Origin: a virus
Virus record (IMG/VR): IMGVR_UViG_3300024999_001421
DNA: 64,000 bases
Direction: 5' to 3' (one strand)
The position numbers were made by a program, and so were the translations under genes. Shown piece by piece: positions 49,639 to 59,596 of this stretch. How positions within the stretch are numbered: the stretch's first letter is position 1; every line of letters starts with the position of its first letter. The notes under the pieces are model-generated. The model worked only from the letters and a program-made list of their open reading frames with translations. It was not told where the DNA came from and searched no databases.

Positions 49639-50072
49639 GAAAACCTCTCGCTGACCCATTTAAGCAGGAAAAACAAATAGTCGCTAGCTATCTAGTTAAC
49701 TATTTTGAGATAAAGTTACAGTATGAGCAGGACCGGGAGAGGATACTTGAAAACTCTCCCCCGCCCGCTGACGGTATGCCTCGCGGTAGCAGTGTTGGTA
49801 ATAAAACAGCTAGTGCAGGTATCGCGTTGGCATCATTGGCGGTAACAGGAACATGGCTGCGGGTAGTTAATGAACTGGTAGCAGGTTTGAACGATGATGA
49901 TAAATTGTTGCTAAGATTGAAACGGACGTATGGGGAACATATTAAAGGAAATTCGGTTAAGGAAAGAATTGCTAGAGAATTGAGGGTGAATATAAAAACG
50001 GCGTATAACCGCTGGCAGGGTATATTGGAGAAGGGACAGGAGCTGGCGGTTAAAAGGGGATTGTTGAGGTAG
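49635..50072 (+). CDS. ArpU/RinA-like late transcription activator
   Basis: DGMPRGSSVGNKTA, WLRVV.E, C-terminal HTH; bidirectional terminator at ~50072-50100. Confidence 0.7.
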   Translation: MRKPLADPFKQEKQIVASYLVNYFEIKLQYEQDRERILENSPPPADGMPRGSSVGNKTASAGIALASLAVTGTWLRVVNELVAGLNDDDKLLLRLKRTYGEHIKGNSVKERIARELRVNIKTAYNRWQGILEKGQELAVKRGLLR

Positions 50073-51361
50073 GCAGGGGAAAGATCCCCTGCTTTTTTAT
50101 GCAAAAAAAATTTACTATTTCCTGGTAGGCGGCTTTTAACGGGTATACCTCCATAAACCGGTGAGAGTTAAGCAGTAGCGTCTGTTGATTCGGCAATCGC
50201 GTCGTCAAGCCACTGAATTTCAGCTTGACGACGCTTTTTGTCTGCCTCAACATCGGCAATATACTGTTGGATGCAGAGTAATGCTTCTTTGCGCTGTATT
50301 GGATAATAATTTCTTGCCGGGTGACTGTGGCATTGGCAGGTGCCAAGACCTAGGTCGGAACTGCTGTAACAATTGATTTCTGTAATCATCCATTCGCCGT
50401 CATGGAAATACAGGGATTTTTCGGCAATATTGTCGCCGTACTGGTTGATTCTGGTTTCCAAAACTAAATCTTGACCTGCGCGTAAATTTTCAAGCATACC
50501 TTTTAGCATTTCAATTCCTCCCTTAGTTTTTAATCTCCTACCCAACGCCTTCTTGGACGCTTGGCAGGGGATTAAACCCCTGCTAACAACTATTCGACTA
50601 TTTGCGGATGCGCCACTGATTCCCAACCGTCACCTGTCCAGCGATAAGATTCTCCCATTGTAGGGATAACCATATCGCAACCATAGACAGTTTCATGCAC
50701 AAACTTTCCGTCGTAGCGTATAATTTCTTCAAGGATAAAGTCTTTCTTGTGACTTAACTCACTGGTGTTTCCTGATGTGGAAAACCCTGTGCGCTGTAGT
50801 TTTTCCGATCCGCTTCCTGGCATTGTGTACCATTTCGCAACCGGAACCGGCATTGCATCAAATGGACCAACCCTAGATTCCGATCTTTTGCTTTTGGAAC
50901 CACTTTCAGTTGTGTATCCTTCAGCGACCGCATACCACTTTCCGCTAGTTTGAAACATATTCATCATTTTTCCTCCTTCGCCGGTTCTCCCGGCACTAAT
51001 TTTTTAACCACAATCTCGCTAATCCCCTTCCCTTCAAATGCCGCCTGTTCGCGTAGTTTTTCAGCAAGCGACTTAGGGAAGGTTATGCTGATACGTATTT
51101 TGTCTCTCGGTATGGTCATACTTCCCATTTCCCTTCGGTCACGCATAGTATTTGACCAACGGAATCGGAACAAAGGTGTAGAGAACGGTATAATTTAGCT
51201 GTTTCCTCGCGGTTTCTGCCGAGATAGCGCGATGCTTCAACTGCATCACGGAAACTTTTAACAACATTGTCGTTGCGCTGTGGGAGTGCTTGGAATTTTC
51301 TCTCCCAATTACAGGTATCGAAAACTTGCTCTAACGTCATGGTATGCGCCTCCTTTTGCTT

Positions 51362-51403
51362 AGGTGATGCACTTATTATATAGCTTAGTGCATCACCTGT
51401 CAA
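51362..51403 (-). promoter_or_regulatory. Consensus sigma-A promoter overlapped by a 12-bp perfect inverted repeat (operator)
   Basis: TTGACA-N17-TATAAT; AGGTGATGCACT-N13-AGTGCATCACCT; RHH gene 50964-51119 lies downstream. Confidence 0.8.
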
Positions 51404-54400
51404 GCAAAAAAAATATTAAAGTTTAGCCATAATTTCCGACATTGCATATTTGATATTGTTTAACTTACTTTGCTCTATATCAATCAGGTTAACGAGTGCT
51501 AATGTATCCTCGCTGGACATATTATATTTACCGGACAATTCCCAGACTAACTTTTTAATCTCTCCAAGTCTGGATTGCTTTAGTTCATCGAAGCGTTGCG
51601 GTTGTGGTTTTGGTTGATTAGGATTAATCACTGTACCACCTCCACCCACTCTGCCGCTCTAAAATGCTCTGCCGTCCACTGACAGGCATCCAACGGCGAA
51701 GTTCCCCAGACTTCCTTCCGATCCACCCCAGCAGGGATAGTAGTTTTGCCTATGCGTAAGTCGGGGAAATGGACTGACAATCGGTATTTGCTTAACCCAG
51801 GTGTATTTGTACCTGTCGGCGTTTTGCCCCGCTGTATCGGGTTGCTAGACGTGTTTATGGTCATTGTGTTGCCTCCAATGTGCTTTCCTCTAACATCTTC
51901 CTAAGTTCCCTCGCCACGTTACCCAAAGCATCCGACTTACCACGATAATAACCTTCTAGGTACTCTTGGTTATTACGTTTCATTATTTCCATTTCGGTCT
52001 TAGCATTTATAGAACTCGTGGCGTAGTTTTGGATTAAAATCTCTATGTATTCCCGCATATAACGACCTCCCTCATAGTATTGGGGTAATCCCCTCCCGAA
52101 ACCCTCCTGCTAGAGAGTTTAGGCAAGGGACGTTAGTCCCTGCAATTATCCTGTAAGATGCAAATACCAAATTGATCTACCAGACTTATATCTTTTGTTT
52201 TCCTTGGTTACAAACTTAGTAACTTTAAACCTTACATAATTACTTCCATCCCTTCTAACACTGCCCGAAATGTTATTTCCTTTCATATACTTTTTTACTG
52301 CCTCGGTTGCATTTTTAGCTATTACTACCGCATCATCATTAAATAAACCTTTGTTTCCATCATAGATTAAATATGTATTAGTCATAAATCTAACCCCCTT
52401 TTAATTTTACCAAAATCCCCTCTTGTGACACTTTGGTAAAACTGCGGCGTTAAGGTGCCGCTTGCCTCATACTTGTTGCTAATCCAGTAAACGTGTTAAT
52501 TTATTTCCCTTGAATGGCTTTAGCGTTTCACTATCGTTCCACCAATGCCATTCTCCCCCGAAAAGTTTAGGAATGAAAATTTGCTGTTCTTTGTCTAGTG
52601 TGTACCTAAGATTATCCATATCAAGTGAAAATGTTTCCATGTCCTTCTGCATCTTTTCGCCTTGAATAATTCGCGCCCTCTGGATTTTAACCCTGCCGGT
52701 TTTTGTGTGACTGATAACTACTACAAGTGATTCTTGTGTCGTGTAGTACCAGTCCTTAACCGCAAAACCGTTTATTTTTAATATTTCCTGTGCCTTCTGT
52801 AAAGCTGTTTTGCCGTCCTTGTCGGTTGTCGGTTGTGCTGCGCCTATCGGTAATAGGTTGTTAATGTCTGTGGTATTACTTCCCTTTGTGCTACCGTTGC
52901 GAGCAATCTTTAAAACTCTAACTTGAGTAAATGTAGAGTAACAATAAATATGGTCAATGCGGTAAGTGCCGTTCCACTCCTTGACCTGGCACTCCTGACC
53001 AACCTTCCAACCGTCGAACTCCTGCACATATCCAGTTTTGACCTCTTGCCGTGGTGCTGTTGCTGTGATAATCGGCATTTGAGCGTTAGAGAAATTTATT
53101 ATCTTTGTCATGGTATGACCTCCTATGTTATAATATCGGTGGACATATATTTTCCCTGCTCCCCGGTTTTACTGCTCACAACAGCTACCGGGGAGTTTGA
53201 ATTTGTATATTAACAGGCGTATTTTCCCAGTACGGTTTTAGTTGTATTTTCCTTCCAGTTTGCGCTATTTATTATCGACCAATGTTTATTATAGCCGTTA
53301 AAATGCCTCAATAAATGGAGTATTTCGCGGTTATCCTGATCTACCCATAAGGAAAAGTTAGGGTATTGCTTGCCCTCGCTTTTTTCCAAGGCGTAAAAAT
53401 AGGCTTTAATTTCCTCTGCGCGGGCGGTAAGTTCTGCGTTAAATTTGAATTCATCCCCGAAGTTATGACCCTCGCGGTCTTTAAAAACTCGATAACCGGC
53501 CAAGTCAGGAAGAATAACAACCTCGTCAAAACTGCAACCCAGAGAATTTACAATACTGAGAATTTCGGATTTGGTGTACTTAAAAGTTTTGTGTCTCATA
53601 CTGACGATGCTGTGCTTGTTACAATCGTCGTCATTATGGATATAATGGCAATGGTCAACTATCCCGGCAAAGGTAAATTGTTTAACGCTTTTGACGCTGT
53701 TTTTGGTTACTTCAAAACCAGACATTTCTAAGTAGATTGCCTCCCCTTTGTCATTGTGAAAAGCTGTTCTAATGCGGCAATTTTCAACCATTCCGCGCGG
53801 TACGCATCCGGCACCTTCAAAATATAAAGTTTTCATAATTTTAGCCTCCCTCATAGTTTTAACTAAACCCTCTCGCAAAAGGATTTAGGTAAAACTGCGA
53901 CTTTAGGTAGTCGCGGACCTGCTACCTAGTCCAATATTTCCTTTGATTTTGCCATAAACTAAATGCCTGAGATTCGGTTGGAGCAATGTTAAGTAAGGAA
54001 TTATAATTGTAGTAATTGCCCGACCTTCCTATTTTTACTTGAAGTAGGAATTTATTACCATATGAAAATACGGTGAATATATTTTTAAAACTCTTGAACT
54101 CGTTTACTATCATAATATCCCTCCTATATTTACCTCAACAAAACCCCTCTCTAAAGGAGTTTTGGCGAAGCAGGGACCGGAGTCCCTATTCCTTGCACAT
54201 CCCAGAAACTTGTCGCTTGTGTATTTGCATTTCTATAGTAGCAAGTTCCAAGTATGCTTCTACTTTTTGATCCCAATGTGCCGGGACTTGCGGATCGTTG
54301 ACAATTTCCAGAATTTCAAGCGCATCCTTCTTTTCTTGCAGTATTTCTGAATCTTGAAGCGTCTCAAGGTGCTTCCAAATAGATTCCATGAATATTACTT

Positions 54401-55027
54401 TTTCCTCAAACATAATTATCATCCTCCTTAGATTTTACGTCCAACCCCTACAGGGACCAGAGGTAAAACCTAGCGAGTGCTAGGTTAGTGCCTGCCATAT
54501 TCTATGGTTAATTCTAAAGTGTCCTTTTCGACATCTCTCCTTAATTTTGCCGTACTCCTACAGTCTTTATTTTCCTCTTTCCAATCAATACCCATTTGGC
54601 GAAAATATAATGTTACTTCGGTCAAATCACCCTTAAGCAAGTCCTTCCATGTGTAGTCAAAGAAAATTAACAAGTCTGTACAGTAGCAGTCGCATTGCTT
54701 AACCGCTTCGCGCAGTAACGCTTCTTTTATCGACTGCGTGTTTTGTTCTTCACCGTAAGAATTGCAAACCTGAAGTTCCTTAATGTTTACTTTCGGCATA
54801 ATCATCAATCTCCTTTTAGTTTAAATTCACGTCAATTCCCTTGTGGGTACTCACGCAAACCTAAACTACCATGCTTCCCCTTTTCTGCACCTCTAGCGGA
54901 TATCCCTTCGGGTCCAGTGTTCGCTTGCCTTGGCTGGCCCTTTCGGATTATGCCGACTTCGCTGGTTCGCGCTGTGGGGTTTTTGTATTCTTTTCTGCGT
55001 GTGCGGTGCGCTTTGTTGCTGTGGTTT

Positions 55028-55085
55028 CCCACTATGGCCACTTTCGGCCATTTCGACTTGTTACCGTCAAGTCTCGTCAGGTGGG
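55028..55085 (-). ncRNA. Type I hammerhead ribozyme (HH2)
   Basis: CCCAC-CUGACGA-GACUUG(ACGGUAA)CAAGUC-GAAA-UGGCC(GAAAGU)GGCCA-UA/GUGGG; full core and three perfect stems. Confidence 0.93.
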
Positions 55086-55086
55086 T

Positions 55087-55371
55087 TTATGCTGTCCTAT
55101 AGTGTTCAATCGCTCCTGTGCTAAGTTGCATTAACAGGTTTGTCATGTGACTTAACTTCCAACTTTCTACTAGACTTGAAGTTCCGAACAATCTGTCTAT
55201 TGCTACATATCTTCCGTACCAAACCATTAGTTCGATTGGGTTTTTTCTATTTTTGGTGTAGTAGTCGAAGTTTTCATTAAACTTTCTTGCCGCCAACTCC
55301 AGTTCTTCCTGTAATAATGCGTTTTCAGCTTTGTTTAGTTTTTTTATGCTGATGCTTTCGGCTGTTTTCAT
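55087..55371 (-). CDS. 94-aa hypothetical protein bracketed by two hammerheads
   Basis: AAGGAGG RBS; stop codon 1 nt from HH2 stem I. Confidence 0.8.
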   Translation of the reverse strand: MKTAESISIKKLNKAENALLQEELELAARKFNENFDYYTKNRKNPIELMVWYGRYVAIDRLFGTSSLVESWKLSHMTNLLMQLSTGAIEHYRTA

Positions 55372-55423
55372 ACTGTCTGCCTCCTTCGATATTCTGTTTT
55401 CGTGTTGTGCAGCTTACTTTCAT

Positions 55424-55474
55424 CCTGCTATGGGGTTTTATCCCCATTTCGCTGTCTACAGCTCATCAGGCAGG
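55424..55474 (-). ncRNA. Type I hammerhead ribozyme (HH1)
   Basis: CCUGC-CUGAUGA-GCUG(UAGA)CAGC-GAAA-UGGGG(AUAAAA)CCCCA-UA/GCAGG; full core and three perfect stems. Confidence 0.93.
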
Positions 55475-55790
55475 CTAGAATTTAATGCTGTGAAATACGC
55501 AGAAGTTGCAAAAGTCGATTAACTTAGTTCTGTTTAGGTTTACCGCTTTTTCTAGTCCTACCGATTTGGTGTACTGCTTGATTTTGCGCTTTAGCTGTTT
55601 GGTCATTTTGTTTCCCCCTTATTTAATTTGTAGCTAATAAGTAACCCATGTATCCGATTCCTACCAGGAGAGCGATTCCCATTCCTACCGGGTGAAACAT
55701 TGTAGTTACTGCTAATGCTGTGGCGGTGTATTTAAGAAGTTTTTTCATGTCTGCGCCTCCCGTTCGTGTGTTGCTGTGTTCCATGTGCTT

Positions 55791-55863
55791 ATACTATCAT
55801 CTGGATACCCATGCCGTAAAGCCTCAAATAACCTTATATTCAGCCATTTATGGGTATCCAGAT
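55791..55863 (-). promoter_or_regulatory. Promoter of the leftward operon with a 14-bp inverted-repeat operator
   Basis: TTTACG-N18-TAGTAT with extended TG; ATCTGGATACCCAT (55799) and ATGGGTATCCAGAT (55850). Confidence 0.6.
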
Positions 55864-55874
55864 TATCCTGCCTG

Positions 55875-56075
55875 CTAAATACTAGCTGTATCTGCCTTTT
55901 TCAGCGTTTTTTGAAGTTCCGCAAGTTCTTTTTTGATAGCATTTCTGGCTATTTCGGATGCTGGAACCCGCGTATCTGCTGATATTTCGGCTAGTTTTGC
56001 TTTATCCTCGGTTGACAGGCGCAGGTTAAAACTTTCCCAGCCATCTCTATATTTTTCTTTTCTTTTTGCCGACAT
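55875..56075 (-). CDS. Ribbon-helix-helix regulator
   Basis: ESFNLRLSTEDKAKLAEISADTRVPASEIARNAI. Confidence 0.75.
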   Translation of the reverse strand: MSAKRKEKYRDGWESFNLRLSTEDKAKLAEISADTRVPASEIARNAIKKELAELQKTLKKADTASI

Positions 56076-56335
56076 TTTGACCACCTCCAAAGACAGTATA
56101 CTACATGGGCTTCCATATGGCAACCCAGCCATTAGACGGATCTGCATTTGCCGGAAATGCTATATATAGAAGGAAAACGGAAAGTTTTGCTTGAAAATGG
56201 GCTTTGGCCGTGGTAAAATGGTAGTGTGGGGGTTTTATACCATGTTGTTTTTACCTACTGTATTGAGTAGGGATATATCGTTTTCGAGGCACCTGAGAGG
56301 GTGCTTTTTGCTTTACATAGAAGGAAGGTGAATTT

Positions 56336-56854
56336 GTGTCTGACAAAGATATTGTTTTACAGGAGTTCGCCAAAACGGTGAATCGTTTGAAATCAAAGGG
56401 CGTTGACTTGACAAATACCTATTATGGTTTCCGCGAGGATATTTCCGAAGAGCAGGATCGCGTTCTCTGGCAGCCTGAAAAGAAATTCGTAAAAGTTTTT
56501 CCTGACGAACTGGCTAATGTTGTAACGATGCTTGACGATGAAGGAAAACGCCTCAGCGGTGCAGAGCTGGCTATTGTCATGTTGCTCATGGGACATATCA
56601 GCTACAACAGCGGAATGTTGACAAAAGGCGGCGGTAACCCGGTTAGTCAATCAGACATTGAAAAGATTACCGGGTTTAATAGGATTACCGTTGTTAAGAG
56701 CATGGACAGGTTAGTTCGTAAAAAAGTTTTCGCTCGTAACAAGGTAGGCAAAAGTTATCAATACTTCGCAAATCCGTACATCTTTTTCCGGGGCCGGTTT
56801 ATAAACGCGACTCTGGTGGATATGTTTAAAACCTACAACGCTAATGATAGTTAG
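56336..56854 (+). CDS. RepL-like replication/maintenance wHTH protein
   Basis: FVKVF, SQSDIEKITGFNRITVVKSMDRL, YFANPYIFFRG. Confidence 0.7.
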   Translation: MSDKDIVLQEFAKTVNRLKSKGVDLTNTYYGFREDISEEQDRVLWQPEKKFVKVFPDELANVVTMLDDEGKRLSGAELAIVMLLMGHISYNSGMLTKGGGNPVSQSDIEKITGFNRITVVKSMDRLVRKKVFARNKVGKSYQYFANPYIFFRGRFINATLVDMFKTYNANDS

Positions 56855-56923
56855 TTTGCGGTATCTTAGAGTTAATAGAGGCATCTAAAGCCTAAAAAGT
56901 GTCGCTCATGCCTTGTGTTTGCT

Positions 56924-56997
56924 GGACTACAACCGACTTATAACATGTAGTCTGTAGTATACCTATAGTGGCATTTCATGTAGTCTGTGGACTACAT
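56924..56997. repeat. Iteron-like direct and inverted repeats downstream of the repL-like gene
   Basis: CATGTAGTCTGT twice plus inverted GGACTACA twice. Confidence 0.55.
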
Positions 56998-57564
56998 ATC
57001 AAAGATACCTCTTAGGCCAATAGCGACAACGACTAGAAGGTGTTTTGAACGCAATAGACTCCTCTTATTACTCTAAGATGTTTTGGTAACTATGTTTTAA
57101 AGTGTTGGGAGTGCTGAAAAGTGACATTATTTCAAGCCAAAGTTCATTGTGTGAAATGTAATAATGCAATGGAAGTAACGCTAACAAAGAAAAGTTATGT
57201 AAAATTTGTTTCTAATATATTTCAGTGTTATTTTACGTGCAATGACTGTTTGAGAGAAGCAGGACATAAATTAGCAAAGAAAAATACGGCATTGATGGAA
57301 ATGGAAATAGAAATGCCTGATTGATTTTGTAGGTACTAAACCACTTAAAACAATTTTAAGCGGCTGTACGAGGCTGTGAGAGGTGAGAAAAGCATGGGAT
57401 TTGGTTTTCCGACAGGCAAGGACATACTTAAAGTTGTAGTTGTACTTGTTTTTGTGTCAGCATTGGCAGGTGCAGGAGTTTTGAAGCTGATACAGATTAT
57501 GTGAGAATTGACCTTTGCCGATGGTGAAGGTGAGTTTTCGTATTATAGGAAGGAAGTGAGTTGA

Positions 57565-58026
57565 ATGCCAGCAGGAAGACCGACGAAGTACAAGGAAGAA
57601 TACAACGAACAGGCGTATAAATTGTGCCTGTTGGGAGCAACGGACAAAAGTTTAGCTGATTTCTTTGAGGTTGACGAAGCTACTGTAAATAGATGGAAGC
57701 TGGAATATCCATTATTTTGCGAGTCCTTAAAGAGAGGGAAGGTAATTGCTGACACGGAAATAGCGCAAAGTCTGTATCAAAGAGCGAAAGGTTACTCACA
57801 TCCGGAGGACAAAATATTTGTCCATGATGGTCTGCCGGTTATTGTGCCAACAGAAAAGCACTATCCACCAGACACGGGCGCAGCCATGGCCTGGCTAAAA
57901 AATCGGAAACCTGATTCGTGGTCTGATACACAAAAATTGGAGTTGACAGGCGCGGACGGCGGACCTGTAGATGTTCGCATAGCTGGTATGTCGGATGCGG
58001 AGTTGGAGCAGTTGTTGGAGGACTAA
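57565..58026 (+). CDS. terS: Terminase small subunit
   Basis: GRPTKYKEEY..QAYKLCLLGATD..LADFFEV...SLYQRAKGY...HYPPDT.A..WLKNR. Confidence 0.9.
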   Translation: MPAGRPTKYKEEYNEQAYKLCLLGATDKSLADFFEVDEATVNRWKLEYPLFCESLKRGKVIADTEIAQSLYQRAKGYSHPEDKIFVHDGLPVIVPTEKHYPPDTGAAMAWLKNRKPDSWSDTQKLELTGADGGPVDVRIAGMSDAELEQLLED

Positions 58027-58451
58027 TTACCCCGAAAGTCGTTTAGCTATGTACGCGCTGTACCTATTTACGTTCTCATAATGAGCATTATGTCAACTAG
58101 ATAAGGCCAAAAGTGCCGTATTTCCTGGGTTTTTTGGATATTCGCTTGGTTGTTGGTTCCATGTCCTGCACTGGTGGACGTTTTACCGTATCTACCCACC
58201 TTCGCAGGCGCAGGGTTGCGACACTGTATTGTACGCACAGAGCGCAGCGCATACGCGAGCAGGGACGCAAGCGCACGTATTTAGATAGGATATTCGCCAA
58301 AAAGAGGGGGTGGGGGTCAAACACCCCCGGTATGGATTGGCGGGACTCCGGCGGCGGGTAACAGTACCTTATACTATCACCATCCAGACAGTTACGTATT
58401 TTACTAAACTCCGAAATGTTATGTAATTAAGTGGAAAAAGGAGATCTGATA

Positions 58452-58772
58452 ATGGAAAGTAAAACCCTTGATATTGACTGCATCAAAACAGCAAAAGCAA
58501 ATATCTCTGACATTAAAGTGTTCGGTGATAGAGATACATTTGCCCTGCTCTGTAAGGCTTCTAGCGAGTCTCAGGGATGGATGAAATCAACTAAGGTATG
58601 TAATGTATTTGGTGGTTGTATCGTGCAGGTATCTACCCAACAGAAGAATCCTGACGGAAGTTATGCGGTTGCTGAGGCACTTACCTTTATTCCCGGTGTG
58701 CATATGGACAAGAAGTCTGAACCTAGAAGATTTGTTAGTGCTAGTTTTGTGTACTTGCCACAATATGAATAA
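58452..58772 (+). CDS. Conserved phage hypothetical protein
   Basis: KASSESQGWMKSTK...GCIVQVSTQQ...VAEALTF.PG. Confidence 0.7.
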   Translation: MESKTLDIDCIKTAKANISDIKVFGDRDTFALLCKASSESQGWMKSTKVCNVFGGCIVQVSTQQKNPDGSYAVAEALTFIPGVHMDKKSEPRRFVSASFVYLPQYE

Positions 58773-58796
58773 ATTTAACCGAGGACGGTGTAAATA

Positions 58797-59186
58797 ATGA
58801 CAGAACAAATCAAAGAATCATCAATTGAGGAATATGTAAACGCTTTTATGAATTTAAAGCACGAGACTCTTTCCAACGCAACCGCCGCTATCGTTAAGAA
58901 AACTCAGGAACTATTGGCGGCGGGTGAAATTGACCCCATAGATAGTGACGTTTCGAAAAATCCAGTCGAAAAAAATATTCCTTTGTGTTCATATTTTACC
59001 AGAAGTGTTCCTGCATATTCTCCATTATTGAACTGTGACGGTTCTGGTGAAATTATACTCAAAGACACTCGCCCCATATGTCCTGACTGTAAAACCATTA
59101 TGGTCAAAACTCATATCGAGTTAAGTGATGGTAGTGGTTGGTTTACTGGTTGGGCATGTGATTGTAAATATGAGGAATGTTTATGA
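58797..59186 (+). CDS. Hypothetical zinc-ribbon protein
   Basis: CPDC...WACDC. Confidence 0.55.
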   Translation: MTEQIKESSIEEYVNAFMNLKHETLSNATAAIVKKTQELLAAGEIDPIDSDVSKNPVEKNIPLCSYFTRSVPAYSPLLNCDGSGEIILKDTRPICPDCKTIMVKTHIELSDGSGWFTGWACDCKYEECL

Positions 59187-59596
59187 ACGAACCAATTTTA
59201 GGTAAAGCAGAACCGCATGGATATGATCATAAACCTATTACTTGGAGTGACTTTTTGAAACTGAGAGAATTTGCTCAGAAAGCAGCGGATGATTTTGGCT
59301 ATCCTGTTTATCTGGTTGGTTCAGTTCTATATAAAGAAATTCCAAGGGATATAGATATATCGGTAATAATGCCACTTGACAAATATGAAGAAATGTTCAA
59401 AAAACTACCTATAAAGCAGGAGTATTACGGTGCTTATTTAGGCAGAGTATTTCATAGATCATATGAAAAAGTGCATAAACACTTACAGTTTTGTATTGAC
59501 TACCATTTAGATATTAAAGTGTGTCCTGATACGTGGTGGTCGGAAAAGCCAAAAATGTTGTTGGCAGAACCAAGAAGTAAATTAGATGGTGAATGA
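59183..59596 (+). CDS. Minimal Pol-beta-type nucleotidyltransferase-like protein
   Basis: VYLVGS......RDIDI plus a downstream LDIK acidic residue. Confidence 0.6.
   Translation: MNEPILGKAEPHGYDHKPITWSDFLKLREFAQKAADDFGYPVYLVGSVLYKEIPRDIDISVIMPLDKYEEMFKKLPIKQEYYGAYLGRVFHRSYEKVHKHLQFCIDYHLDIKVCPDTWWSEKPKMLLAEPRSKLDGE

Larger units (their letters stand above)
50168..55748 (-). other. Leftward operon of small genes, probably early/host-takeover (55623-55748, 55475-55606, 55087-55371, 54485-54808, 54186-54422, 53922-54113, 53210-53836, 52479-53111, 52146-52385, 51861-52058, 51628-51864, 51416-51649, 51116-51340, 50964-51119 RHH, 50590-50967, 50168-50509)
   Basis: Co-oriented ORFs, most with a strong GGAGG-type RBS, separated by structured spacers. 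Confidence 0.75.

Noticed and set aside
53140-53205. Twister or twister-sister ribozyme in the spacer hairpin
   Set aside because: Simple CTCCCCGG/CCGGGGAG stem without the conserved catalytic motifs or pseudoknots
54743-55134. Several overlapping plus-strand ORFs
   Set aside because: By-product of GC-rich structured RNA on the minus strand; no RBS
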